From Alphaproteobacteria bacterium (GTDB lineage Bacteria > Pseudomonadota > Alphaproteobacteria > CAAHEQ01 > UBA3637): 64,000 bases of DNA. Shown here piece by piece: positions 48,484-57,394 of this stretch. The stretch lies in assembly GCA_017958225.1 (NCBI GenBank), contig JAGDDD010000003.1:8752-72751 (forward strand), given 5' to 3'. The translations under genes were made by a program, and so were the position numbers. Positions within the stretch are counted from its first letter, which is position 1. Every line of letters begins with the position of its first letter. Under the pieces are notes generated by a model. The model saw only the letters and a program-made list of their open reading frames with translations. It ran no database searches and had not been told where the DNA came from.

Positions 48484-50697
48484 ATGGAAACAGAACAGAA
48501 CATCATAGAAGAACATTTGGCTTCCGCTTTAAGCAAGCGTTACCTGGATTACGCCATTTCGACCATTGTCTCCCGTTCTTTGCCGGATGTGCGCGACGGC
48601 TTGAAGCCTGTGCATCGGCGTTTGTTGTGGGCGATGCGGACATTGCACCTGGACCCGAAATCCGGCTTTAAGAAATGTGCACGCGTTGTTGGCGATGTGA
48701 TTGGTAAGTATCACCCGCATGGTGATGTGGCTGTCTATGATGCTATGGTGCGTTTAGCCCAAGATTTTGCGGTGCGCTATCCGTTGGTGGAAGGGCAAGG
48801 TAACTTTGGTAACATTGACGGCGATCGCGCTGCGGCCATGCGTTATACCGAGGCGCGTTTGACCCCGGCCGCGATGGCTTTGATGCAAGGGTTAGATGAC
48901 AATGCGGTTGATTTTGTGCCGACCTATGACGGATCAGATATAGAGCCTGCTTTAATGCCGGCAGCTTTTCCGAATTTGTTGGCCAATGGTGCTTCGGGTA
49001 TTGCTGTGGGTATGGCGACCAATATACCGCCACACAATATCAGTGAAGTGTGCGATGCGCTGATTTACCTGATTTCTCATCCGGACGCTGAGACGGCGCG
49101 TTTGATGGACTTTGTGCATGGGCCTGATTTTCCGACGGGCGGTTTTGTGACCGAAGATCCGGCGACCTTAATTCGCGCCTATGAAACGGGGCGCGGTGCT
49201 TTGCGTATGCGTGCGAAATGGGAAAAAGAGGATTTGGGCCATGGGCAATATCAAATTGTGATTACCGAGATGCCTTATCAGATTTCCAAATCTGATGTCG
49301 TGATGAAAATTGCTAAGTTGCTCAATGATAAAAAACTGCCGCTGTTGGCGGATGTGCGCGATGAATCGACACAGGATGTGCGCTTGGTGTTAGAGCCGAA
49401 ATCTCGCTTGGTAGATGCGCAACTGTTGATGGAGCATATGTTCCAATTGACCGATTTACAGACCACTTTCCACTTGAATATGAACGTGTTGGATGCTGAC
49501 GGAACGACACCGCGCGTTATGGGCTTGAAGGCGGTGTTGCAGGCCTTCCTCAATCATCGTCATGTGGTGTTAAAGCGTTGTTCTGCTTTCCGTTTGGACA
49601 AGATTAAACGTCGTATGGAATTGTTACAGGGCTTCCTGATTGCCTATTTGAACCTGGATAAAGTGATTGAAATCATCCGCAATAATGACGAGCCGAAGCC
49701 TTTGTTGATGGATGAGTTTAAACTGACCGACCTGCAAAGCGAAGCGATTTTGAATATGCGTTTGCGCGCCTTGCGGAAACTGGAAGAAATGCAGATTAAA
49801 GCCGAGTTTGAAGAATTGAACAAGGAACGCATGGATCTGGAACGCTTGCTAAATGATGAGGCTTTGCAGTGGAAAACAATTGCCGAGCAACTGTCGCAGA
49901 CGAAAAAACTGTTCAGTCAGCACACTGATTTGGGGCGCAGAAGAACGCAAATCGTGGCCGCGCCGCAATCTGTCAATGTGCCGACAGAAGCGTTGTTTGA
50001 AAAAGAGCCAATTACCATTATTTTGTCCAAGAAAGGTTGGATCAGATCTTTGAAAGGACATACGGGCGTGGCGGATGTGCGCTTTAAAGATGGCGACGAT
50101 TTGCAATTGGCCTTGCATGCGCAAACAACTGACAAGATTGTGTTGTTCGCCACCGATGGGCGCTTTTACACTATGATGGGTGGCAAAATTGTGGGTGGTC
50201 GCGGCTTTGGCGAGCCTATTCGTTTAACCATAGATTTGCCGGAAGATGAGCATATTGTCGCGATGTTCGCGGCCGAGCCCGAGAAAATGATGTGTGTGGC
50301 GTCTGCTGCCGGTAAGGGCTTCTTGGTGCAACAAAAGCACTTGATGGCGCAAACCAAGACAGGTAAGGTTGTTTTGACATTAGATTCCGGCGACAGTGCG
50401 CGTTTCTGCGTGCCGGCGACAGGGGATACAGTGGCTGTCATCGGGCAAAATCGCAAACTGTTGATGTTCCCGAAGGAAGAGATTCCTCAAATGGTGCGTG
50501 GCCGCGGTGTTCGGTTGCAAAAATACCAGGGTGGCGGTCTGTCAGACATTATGTTCTTTAACAAGGCTGAAGGTTTCGGCTATGCCTTTGGTAACGGCAC
50601 ACGCGTGGAAAATGATATTTCTATGTGGTTAGGTCATCGCGCGGGTGTGGGTAAAATGCCGCCGACGGGCTTTTCAAGAAATAATCGCTTTAAGTAA
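48484..50697 (+). CDS. parC: DNA topoisomerase IV subunit A
   Basis: The ATG at 48484 gives [46 protein letters not shown]. The active-site region is AAMRYTE. At about 737 aa and with no GyrA-box it looks like ParC rather than GyrA. Confidence 0.88.
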   Translation: METEQNIIEEHLASALSKRYLDYAISTIVSRSLPDVRDGLKPVHRRLLWAMRTLHLDPKSGFKKCARVVGDVIGKYHPHGDVAVYDAMVRLAQDFAVRYPLVEGQGNFGNIDGDRAAAMRYTEARLTPAAMALMQGLDDNAVDFVPTYDGSDIEPALMPAAFPNLLANGASGIAVGMATNIPPHNISEVCDALIYLISHPDAETARLMDFVHGPDFPTGGFVTEDPATLIRAYETGRGALRMRAKWEKEDLGHGQYQIVITEMPYQISKSDVVMKIAKLLNDKKLPLLADVRDESTQDVRLVLEPKSRLVDAQLLMEHMFQLTDLQTTFHLNMNVLDADGTTPRVMGLKAVLQAFLNHRHVVLKRCSAFRLDKIKRRMELLQGFLIAYLNLDKVIEIIRNNDEPKPLLMDEFKLTDLQSEAILNMRLRALRKLEEMQIKAEFEELNKERMDLERLLNDEALQWKTIAEQLSQTKKLFSQHTDLGRRRTQIVAAPQSVNVPTEALFEKEPITIILSKKGWIRSLKGHTGVADVRFKDGDDLQLALHAQTTDKIVLFATDGRFYTMMGGKIVGGRGFGEPIRLTIDLPEDEHIVAMFAAEPEKMMCVASAAGKGFLVQQKHLMAQTKTGKVVLTLDSGDSARFCVPATGDTVAVIGQNRKLLMFPKEEIPQMVRGRGVRLQKYQGGGLSDIMFFNKAEGFGYAFGNGTRVENDISMWLGHRAGVGKMPPTGFSRNNRFK

Positions 50698-50718
50698 TTT
50701 TCAAAGGAAGGAACGCAT

Positions 50719-51495
50719 ATGTTGTATCCGTATTTAGGCATTAACTTTTTAGCGTGGATTTATGCCACTTGTTTGTTAATCGGCACGATTGTTTTGTGGG
50801 TCACGGAATATTTTTTCGGCGCCGGCATTATTCCGCCGGAAGTGTGGTTAGCACGTAATGTTTTATATGTGCTGTTTATTCCTTTCTTGCTTTTAACATA
50901 CTTTTCTTTTTCAGTGCGGTTATTGTCGTTCCTGTGTAAGAATCTGTTAGTGTTGGTGTTGGCGTTTGTCGCCTGTCTTGCGTTGCTATTTCATACTGAA
51001 CTTTTGGTGGTCACATCTTTGGCCGCCTATGGCAGTGATACGCTGGCCTTGCAACATTACACGGTGCATCCGTGTGTGTTCGTGATTTTGTGTGCTTTGG
51101 GCGGCGCGGCGGTTTATGCTTTATGTTGGATCGCGTTGCGCATGTCACAAGGGCAAAACAGGCGTCTCAATCGTTGGGTGAAAATAGCACAAGTGCCAGC
51201 CCTGTATGTTATTTATATGTTGTTTGTGCCGGCGTTTTTAGGCCTGTTAAAACCGACTCTGGCGTCGTTATCTCAACAGCAATTTGTGACTTGCTTTGTC
51301 GGTGCGGTGGGCTTGATTGTCAATTTCATTTGGTTTGAAAGAACGCGCGATGTCCAAAGACGGAAAATACTGGGTTGGTTTATGATTTTGTTGTGTGTTG
51401 CTTACGCGATGTGGATTCTCAATCCGTTGCGTTGTGAGTGGGTGGCGCCCTGTTCGGTGTGTCATCAACTCTTGCTCTGCCGGCATATGATTTAA
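50719..51495 (+). CDS. polytopic inner-membrane protein, unknown function
   Basis: 258 aa with about 7 hydrophobic helices. An SD (AAGGAAGGA) lies upstream. I recognise no family. Confidence 0.6.
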   Translation: MLYPYLGINFLAWIYATCLLIGTIVLWVTEYFFGAGIIPPEVWLARNVLYVLFIPFLLLTYFSFSVRLLSFLCKNLLVLVLAFVACLALLFHTELLVVTSLAAYGSDTLALQHYTVHPCVFVILCALGGAAVYALCWIALRMSQGQNRRLNRWVKIAQVPALYVIYMLFVPAFLGLLKPTLASLSQQQFVTCFVGAVGLIVNFIWFERTRDVQRRKILGWFMILLCVAYAMWILNPLRCEWVAPCSVCHQLLLCRHMI

Positions 51496-51598
51496 CGACG
51501 GTATATAGGCTCGTGCGAGAGGGTGTTTATTTTCTCATTGACTTTTTATAGGCAGCCTTTATACTGTTCTTATAACCGCTATATCAAAGGAGGCATTT

Positions 51599-52480
51599 AT
51601 GGCTAAAAAAACTTCTAAAAAAACCGCTAAAAAAACTGTGGAAAAAAAGGTAGCAATTGCCAGTAAGCAGCCCGTTCGTGTGGTCAAGGCTCCGCAAAAG
51701 CCTTTCTTGAGTCGGCTGGTCGCCTTGCTGTTGTTGCTTGTGACCATCGGGTTAGGTTATATCCTGATAAATTACAAAGTTGTTTTGATTGAAAAAGCGC
51801 ACCCGTCGTTGGTCTTTACGGTTGTTGAGCGCCCGGGTTTCCCCGCATTTCCGGCGCATGCGTTTATGAGACGTCAGCCGCCTGTTGTGTTGCCCAAGAT
51901 TGCGAACCAGGTAAAACAACCGCACGATCGGGGTCCGCGTAGAGCACGCCGTCGTGTTGTGGGTGAATTAAATCCGCCGGTCAAGGCTGCCGAGGTTCAA
52001 TCCGTTCAAGAAGCAAAAAAAGATAAGCACTATGCTTGTCGTGCGGCAGCCCCTCGTAAAGCCAAGTTCGTGGCTGAAGAGTATGCACCTTACCAAAAGA
52101 AAGGTGAGGCGATTATTGCCGGTAAAGTGTGCTTGACTTTGGAAGACAACACAGAAAAATGTTTCCCGAACTCACGCGTTATTATCAATCCGGTGACGTC
52201 GTATTCACAAGAGTGGTATACACGCGGTTGGGCTGGCACAGAGTATTTGGAAGAGGCTGATCCGCGCGTGACACCGACCAATCTGATTCAAATCACAGAC
52301 GAAAAAGGCGCGTTTGCCTTTAAGAACTTGCCGGCCGGTGCTTACTATGTCGGTGCTGAGGTTTGTGTGCCCAAGACGAAAGATGCCAAAGAGTGTATCT
52401 ATACACGTTTAGGCGCGCGCGTTAAAATGAAACGTTATGTAACACCGACCTTCAAAAAGGTGTTCAGCGTTCGCCAGTAA
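51599..52480 (+). CDS. membrane-anchored protein with a Lys-rich N-terminus and a C-terminal CarboxypepD_reg-like beta domain
   Basis: 293 aa. The N-terminus is MAKKTSKKTAKKTVEKKV, followed by a TM helix (LVALLLLLVTIGLGYILI). The C-terminus reads ITDEKGAFAFKNLPAGAYYVGAEV, which resembles a carboxypeptidase-regulatory-like fold motif. An SD (AAGGAGG) lies upstream. Confidence 0.6.
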   Translation: MAKKTSKKTAKKTVEKKVAIASKQPVRVVKAPQKPFLSRLVALLLLLVTIGLGYILINYKVVLIEKAHPSLVFTVVERPGFPAFPAHAFMRRQPPVVLPKIANQVKQPHDRGPRRARRRVVGELNPPVKAAEVQSVQEAKKDKHYACRAAAPRKAKFVAEEYAPYQKKGEAIIAGKVCLTLEDNTEKCFPNSRVIINPVTSYSQEWYTRGWAGTEYLEEADPRVTPTNLIQITDEKGAFAFKNLPAGAYYVGAEVCVPKTKDAKECIYTRLGARVKMKRYVTPTFKKVFSVRQ

Positions 52481-52485
52481 GGCTA

Positions 52486-52517
52486 TAAAAAAAAGAGCGG
52501 AAACGCTCTTTTTTTAT
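52486..52517. terminator. bidirectional rho-independent terminator between convergent genes
   Basis: An A-run, then AAAGAGCG-GAAA-CGCTCTTT, then a T-run. Confidence 0.7.
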
Positions 52518-52520
52518 CAC

Positions 52521-53879
52521 TTAAAGGAAAAACTTTTTCAGGTATTCCGGCAGTTGATCGACCGCGATACGTTCCTGTTGCATGGTGTCTCTGTCACGCA
52601 AAGTAACGGTCGCCGGGCTTTGCTCAATACTTTCAAAATCTACCGTGATACAAATAGGCGTGCCGATTTCATCATGCCGGCGGTAAGCCTTACCGACATT
52701 GCCGGAATCTTCCAACATAATGCGGCCAACACCCGTCTTCAGTAAATCATTTTTAATTTGATGCGCCAGAGCCACAATTTGCGGGTTGTTACGTTTTAAA
52801 GGAATCACAGCCGCTTTCACGGGTGCCAAGTGCTTTTTCAATTTTAACACAATGCGTGTTTCCCCGTTGGGCAAGGTCTCTTCGGTATAGGCCTGCATCA
52901 TCAACACGACAAAGGCGCGATCCACACCCATCGCGGTTTCCACGACAAAGGGGATATAAGAGCGCTTTTCTTCAATATCCAGATAACCCAGTTTGGTGGT
53001 TGAATCTGTGTTCTTCATGACTTTGGCTTGAATATCGAACTCTTCCTGATTTTTCGTGTGTGAGCCTAAGTCAAAATCTTGACGATCGTGAATCCCTTCG
53101 ATTTCATCAAAACCCCAGGGGAACTCGTATTCTATGTCGCAAGCCATTTTCGCATAGTGCGCCAGTTTTTCATGCAAGTGGAAGCGCAGTTTTTCGGCGG
53201 GGATACCTTGTGCTTTCCACCACTCCATGCGCACATTTTTCCATGTTTCCCACCATTGTTCGTCTGTGCCCGGCTTGACAAAATATTGCAATTCGGCTTG
53301 TTCAAACTCGCGTTGGCGGAACAAGAAGTTGCGCGGTGTAATTTCATTACGGAAAGATTTGCCGTCTTGCGCAATACCAAAGGGCAATTTGCGCGAAGTG
53401 GAATCTAATACATCCTTGAAATGTGTATAGGTGCCTTGCGCGGTTTCCGGACGCAAATAGGCAAAACTGGTACCGTCATCCACTGGCCCGATCGGTGTTT
53501 TCATCATCAACATAAACGGGCGCGGTTCTGTTAAATCTGTCGAGCCACAATTGGGGCATTTTCCATCCACCAGGTGATCGGCACGCAGACGCGCCTTACA
53601 CTTTTTACAATCTTGTAACAGGTCAAAAAAGCCCGCTTCATGGCCGGAATATTTCCACACCAAGGGATGAGACAAATGGGCGCACTCCAGGCCTTCCACA
53701 TCGTCGCGTTCATACACCATGGCGCGCCACCACGCATTGCGGATGTTCTTTTTCAACTCAATGCCCAAAGGTCCGAAGTCGTAAGTGCCTTTCAAGCCAC
53801 CATAGATTTCAGAGCCTTGAAAAACAAAGCCTCTGCGCTTGCATAAACTGACAATTTGTTCCATAGATGTTGCCGTCAT
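52521..53879 (-). CDS. glyQS: glycine--tRNA ligase, single-chain alpha2 (GlyQS) type
   Basis: 452 aa. CKRRGFVFQGSEIYGG, FRNEITPRNFLFRQREFEQAE (motif 2) and the anticodon-binding C-terminus are present. There is a CxxC...CxxC insertion. Confidence 0.95.
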   Translation of the reverse strand: MTATSMEQIVSLCKRRGFVFQGSEIYGGLKGTYDFGPLGIELKKNIRNAWWRAMVYERDDVEGLECAHLSHPLVWKYSGHEAGFFDLLQDCKKCKARLRADHLVDGKCPNCGSTDLTEPRPFMLMMKTPIGPVDDGTSFAYLRPETAQGTYTHFKDVLDSTSRKLPFGIAQDGKSFRNEITPRNFLFRQREFEQAELQYFVKPGTDEQWWETWKNVRMEWWKAQGIPAEKLRFHLHEKLAHYAKMACDIEYEFPWGFDEIEGIHDRQDFDLGSHTKNQEEFDIQAKVMKNTDSTTKLGYLDIEEKRSYIPFVVETAMGVDRAFVVLMMQAYTEETLPNGETRIVLKLKKHLAPVKAAVIPLKRNNPQIVALAHQIKNDLLKTGVGRIMLEDSGNVGKAYRRHDEIGTPICITVDFESIEQSPATVTLRDRDTMQQERIAVDQLPEYLKKFFL

Positions 53880-53891
53880 TGTCGTATTCCT

Positions 53892-54626
53892 TTATATTGA
53901 AAAACTTTCACCTAAATAACTTTTACGCACTTTTTTATCGGCCACGATTTCATCGGGGGAGCCTTCTTTGATAACGACGCCATCGCTTAAGATATAAGCG
54001 CGGTCAATAATGCCCAATGTTTCGCGCACGTTGTGATCGGTAATCAAAACGCCCAGGCCACGATTTTTCAAGTGCGCCACTAAATCTCTGATTTCGGCCA
54101 CAGCAATCGGGTCAATACCGGCTAAAGGCTCGTCCAGCAAGATAAAAGCAGGATCGGACGCCAAAGCACGCGCAATTTCCAAACGACGTCTTTCGCCGCC
54201 GGACAGTGCTTTTGAAGAACGTGTGCGTAAGTGCGCAATGGAAAACTCACCCAACAGGGCGTCTAAGCGTGCTTCGCGCTCGTCGGCATTTTCTATGGTC
54301 ATTTCCAAAACCGCCATGATGTTTTGTTCAACGGTCAAGCCACGGAAAATAGACGCTTCCTGCGGCAAATAGCCAATGCCCAAGCGCGCCCGCTGATACA
54401 TGGGAAAATTCGTGATATCCACACCATGCAGTGTGATGCTGCCTTTGTCCGGTTTAATCAAACCGGTAACGCAATAAAAGCAAGTGGTCTTGCCGGCCCC
54501 GTTCGGACCTAAAAGGCCGACCGCTTCGCCTTGCTGCACATACAAGGAAATATCCTTTAAGACGACTTTAGACTTATAGGACTTGCCGATTTTGTTGATC
54601 ATAAGACCTTTTTTTGTGTTTGTCAT
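53892..54626 (-). CDS. lptB: LPS export ABC transporter ATP-binding protein LptB
   Basis: 244 aa. Walker A is GPNGAGKTT, the signature is LSGGERRR and Walker B is ILLDEP. It lies downstream of lptC/A. Confidence 0.93.
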   Translation of the reverse strand: MTNTKKGLMINKIGKSYKSKVVLKDISLYVQQGEAVGLLGPNGAGKTTCFYCVTGLIKPDKGSITLHGVDITNFPMYQRARLGIGYLPQEASIFRGLTVEQNIMAVLEMTIENADEREARLDALLGEFSIAHLRTRSSKALSGGERRRLEIARALASDPAFILLDEPLAGIDPIAVAEIRDLVAHLKNRGLGVLITDHNVRETLGIIDRAYILSDGVVIKEGSPDEIVADKKVRKSYLGESFSI

Positions 54627-54628
54627 AT

Positions 54629-55603
54629 CTATTTCCCTTTAAGCAGACTAGGTGTCAATGTTCCTTTAACGCGTTGTTTCGAGTCAGATACAATTTTACT
54701 GATTCCTGTTTTCATATCAACGGAAATCTTTGAGCCGGTCAGGCGACCTTCTTTGCGCTCAATACGCGCATTGCCTTTAACCACGGCGGTATCTTGGCTG
54801 TAAAACGCTTCGTCGCCATAAATGGTATCTGTGGGGGTTTTAATAACCACATGCCCATAGGCTTCTAAATCTTTCATTTCGTATTTGTGCTGGCCTGTTT
54901 GTGTCGTATGCATGACCAGGCGGTCCGCCGTCAGGGTGTTGGTCCCATCATACAGTTGTGCTTTTTCCGTCGCGGTAATAGTGTTGGTGGGCTTGTTCAT
55001 ATGCACGTCTTTTTGCGCTTTTAAGGTCAGCGTTTTCTTTCTTTTGTCGTCGCGAAAGCGCACATTGACTTTGCCATACAAAAAGACATTATCGCCATTG
55101 TCTTGCAGGGCGAAACTGTCCGCTGACAAGGCCAGTTGAGGTCCGGTAACCGTAATGGGTTTGGGGCTGGACGCCGAGCGGGCTTTTTCGTCAATCGTCA
55201 ATTCAGAGACGGTCGCCGTGTGTCCGTTGTCCGATGTAATGGTAATCGGATCGTTCATGCGCAGCACCTTTTCCGCCTGCCACAGCAAAGCCGACGGCGA
55301 TTGTGCCGATAATAAGACGCCGGAATTGAGTTTCATGGTGCTGGTCGGTTTTGCCAACGTAATGATATTGTTTTCTACATCCGTTTCTATGACGTTTTCG
55401 GCAGAGATGGTAAAGGGTTGGTGCTTGGCATCTTCCGATTTAAAAAAGACTTGTTGCATATTGATGGTGGCCTTGTCAGGCACATTGCGTTTGGCTTCGG
55501 ACAGCATCTTATTGACAAAGTCTTTCTGTTGCACAACGTGCGGCCATATCAAAGTTACAGCCAACAAAATACCTGATGCCACCGTCAAAACATACTTGAC
55601 CAT
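54629..55603 (-). CDS. LptC-like protein fused to a C-terminal LptA/OstA-like segment
   Basis: The ORF track starts at 55675, inside kdsD. The ATG at 55603 gives MVKYVLTVASGILLAVTLIW, a TM anchor as in LptC. About 200 aa are LptC-like. About 110 aa then resemble LptA (LTADRLVMHT...LEAYGHVVIKTPTDTIYGDEAFY...VVKGNARIERKEGRLTGSKISVDMKTG). There is no separate lptA between it and lptB. Confidence 0.65.
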   Translation of the reverse strand: MVKYVLTVASGILLAVTLIWPHVVQQKDFVNKMLSEAKRNVPDKATINMQQVFFKSEDAKHQPFTISAENVIETDVENNIITLAKPTSTMKLNSGVLLSAQSPSALLWQAEKVLRMNDPITITSDNGHTATVSELTIDEKARSASSPKPITVTGPQLALSADSFALQDNGDNVFLYGKVNVRFRDDKRKKTLTLKAQKDVHMNKPTNTITATEKAQLYDGTNTLTADRLVMHTTQTGQHKYEMKDLEAYGHVVIKTPTDTIYGDEAFYSQDTAVVKGNARIERKEGRLTGSKISVDMKTGISKIVSDSKQRVKGTLTPSLLKGK

Positions 55604-55650
55604 GGCGATCCGGTGTTGTCTTTTTTGGAAAGAGTGGGATAAAACGCGCA

Positions 55651-56613
55651 CTACGCCACCCCGGCCTGTAAGCATCTATGCAAGTGGAGCAAGCCCAAAG
55701 GATGCCCTTGCTCGTCGATGACAAAGAAGTTGGTAATTTTCTTTTCGTTCATCAGGCGCACCGCTTCTACAGCCAAAATATTGGGGCCAATGGTCTTGGG
55801 ATTGCGTGTCATAATCTCATCCACCGTTGAAGACAGCAGATTGACATTCATGTGGCGGCGCAAGTCTCCGTCGGTAATCAGGCCGATCAGCACATTGTTG
55901 TCATCCACAATACCCACACAGCCCAGACCTTTGCCGGATATTTCCACGACCGCTTCGGTCATGAGAGTGTGCTGTTTGACGACAGGCATATCCTTGCCGG
56001 ACGCCATCAAATCGCTGGCGCGGAGCAACAGAGCACCCAATTTGCCACCCGGGTGACGTTCCCGGTAATCGTCTTTGGAAAAGCCCTTCAAGTCCATCAG
56101 CGCCATCGCCAACGCATCGCCCATGGCTAAACTTAAAGTCGTTGAAGTGGTCGGCGCCATACCGAAAGAACAGGCTTCTTGGAACGGCGGGAAGCACAGC
56201 ACGACATCAGAGGCGCGCGCCAAAGTGCTTTCGCGGTTGCCGACAATACAAATCAAATGCAGGCCAAAACGTTTGGTGTAGGCAATAATATCGGATAATT
56301 CTTTTGATTCGCCTGAATTGGACAAGGCTACGATAATATCGTCCGTTGTGAGCATGCCCAGGTCGCCATGGCTGGCTTCGGCCGGATGCACAAACAAAGC
56401 CGGTGTGCCGACTGATGCCATGGTCGCCGCGATTTTGCGGGCAATATGACCGCTTTTACCCATACCGGTCACAATGACGCGACCTTTGGTATCGTGCAAC
56501 AGGCGCACAGCCTTGACAAACTCGCCATCCAAGGTGTCTGTCAATTTGAGCAGAGCTTCCTGCTCCATGCGTAAAACGTTTTTGCCTATAGCAATAATTT
56601 CTTCATCAGTCAT
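55651..56613 (-). CDS. kdsD: arabinose-5-phosphate isomerase (KpsF/GutQ/KdsD family; SIS plus two CBS domains)
   Basis: 320 aa. The SIS motif is GRVIVTGMGKSGHIARKIAAT, followed by two C-terminal CBS domains. Confidence 0.9.
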   Translation of the reverse strand: MTDEEIIAIGKNVLRMEQEALLKLTDTLDGEFVKAVRLLHDTKGRVIVTGMGKSGHIARKIAATMASVGTPALFVHPAEASHGDLGMLTTDDIIVALSNSGESKELSDIIAYTKRFGLHLICIVGNRESTLARASDVVLCFPPFQEACSFGMAPTTSTTLSLAMGDALAMALMDLKGFSKDDYRERHPGGKLGALLLRASDLMASGKDMPVVKQHTLMTEAVVEISGKGLGCVGIVDDNNVLIGLITDGDLRRHMNVNLLSSTVDEIMTRNPKTIGPNILAVEAVRLMNEKKITNFFVIDEQGHPLGLLHLHRCLQAGVA

Positions 56614-56624
56614 GGTTATTTCCT

Positions 56625-57236
56625 TTAATGTTCAAAGATATCCGGACGGTCAAAGCCCAATAAATCAAGGGCGGCACGTGTCGGCAAAAAGTCAAAACAG
56701 GCTTGTGCCAATTCTGCGCGTTTTTCCCGTTGTAAATATTTGTCTAAAATGACTTTGAGTTTATGGAGATATAACACATCGTTGGCCGCATATTTTTTCT
56801 GTTGCGCGGTCAATTTATCGGCGGCCCAATCGGAACAGGTCTCTTCTTTATCTAACTCGACATTGAGATATAAACTGCACAAGGTTTTCAGACTGTGCGA
56901 ATTGACATTGGTCCTGACCAATTTATGCGCAATTTTTGTGCAATACACAGGCTGACACACAATACCCAACGCCTTTTTAATCATCATGACATCAAAGCGG
57001 GCAAAGTGGAAGATTTTTAAGATTTTCTTGTTGGCTAATACTTTTTTCAGGCGGACGGGTTCGACGCCATCAACGATTTTAACCAGGTAGCAATGCCCCT
57101 TTTCGTCGGCTAACTGCACCAGGCAAAGCCGGTCACGCAACGGGTTAAGGCCCGTCGTTTCTGTATCTACAGCGACAGATTTGGAAAACAAATTATCTTT
57201 GGGCAAATCCCCAACACATAAACGGACAGATGACAT
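56625..57236 (-). CDS. 3'-5' exonuclease, RNase D-like (DEDD family, short form)
   Basis: The ATG at 57236 follows GGAGG. VAVDTETTGLNPLRDRLCLVQLA (ExoI), IFHFARFD (ExoII) and YAANDVLYL (ExoIII, DEDDy) are present. The longer ORF-track start would run through tRNA-Leu. Confidence 0.8.
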   Translation of the reverse strand: MSSVRLCVGDLPKDNLFSKSVAVDTETTGLNPLRDRLCLVQLADEKGHCYLVKIVDGVEPVRLKKVLANKKILKIFHFARFDVMMIKKALGIVCQPVYCTKIAHKLVRTNVNSHSLKTLCSLYLNVELDKEETCSDWAADKLTAQQKKYAANDVLYLHKLKVILDKYLQREKRAELAQACFDFLPTRAALDLLGFDRPDIFEH

Positions 57237-57252
57237 AATTCCTCCCTGAAAA

Positions 57253-57339
57253 TGGTGCCCAGAAGAGGACTCGAACCTCCATGCTCTTGCGAACGCTAGC
57301 ACCTGAAGCTAGTGCGTCTACCAATTCCGCCATCTGGGC
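57253..57339 (-). tRNA. tRNA-Leu (CAG)
   Basis: On the reverse complement the acceptor stem is GCCCAGA/TCTGGGC and the anticodon stem-loop is CTAGC-TTCAGGT-GCTAG. A long variable arm and the T-arm GGAGGTTCGAGTCCTCT are present. CCA is encoded. Confidence 0.93.
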
Positions 57340-57350
57340 AGGTAAGATGT

Positions 57351-57379
57351 TTTATACCGCATTGTGCACAGTAAGTCAA
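57351..57379 (-). promoter_or_regulatory. sigma70-like promoter candidate for tRNA-Leu
   Basis: The minus strand reads TTGACT, a 17-nt spacer, then TATAAA. It ends 11 nt before the mature 5' end. Confidence 0.45.
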
Positions 57380-57394
57380 CCTTTTTTTGTTTTT

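Noticed and set aside
57237-57302. N-terminal extension of the RNase D-like ORF (MLAFARAWRFESSSGHHFQGGI)
   Set aside because: The extension is the reverse strand of tRNA-Leu. The internal ATG at 57236 has a GGAGG SD and yields a normal DEDD exonuclease N-terminus.
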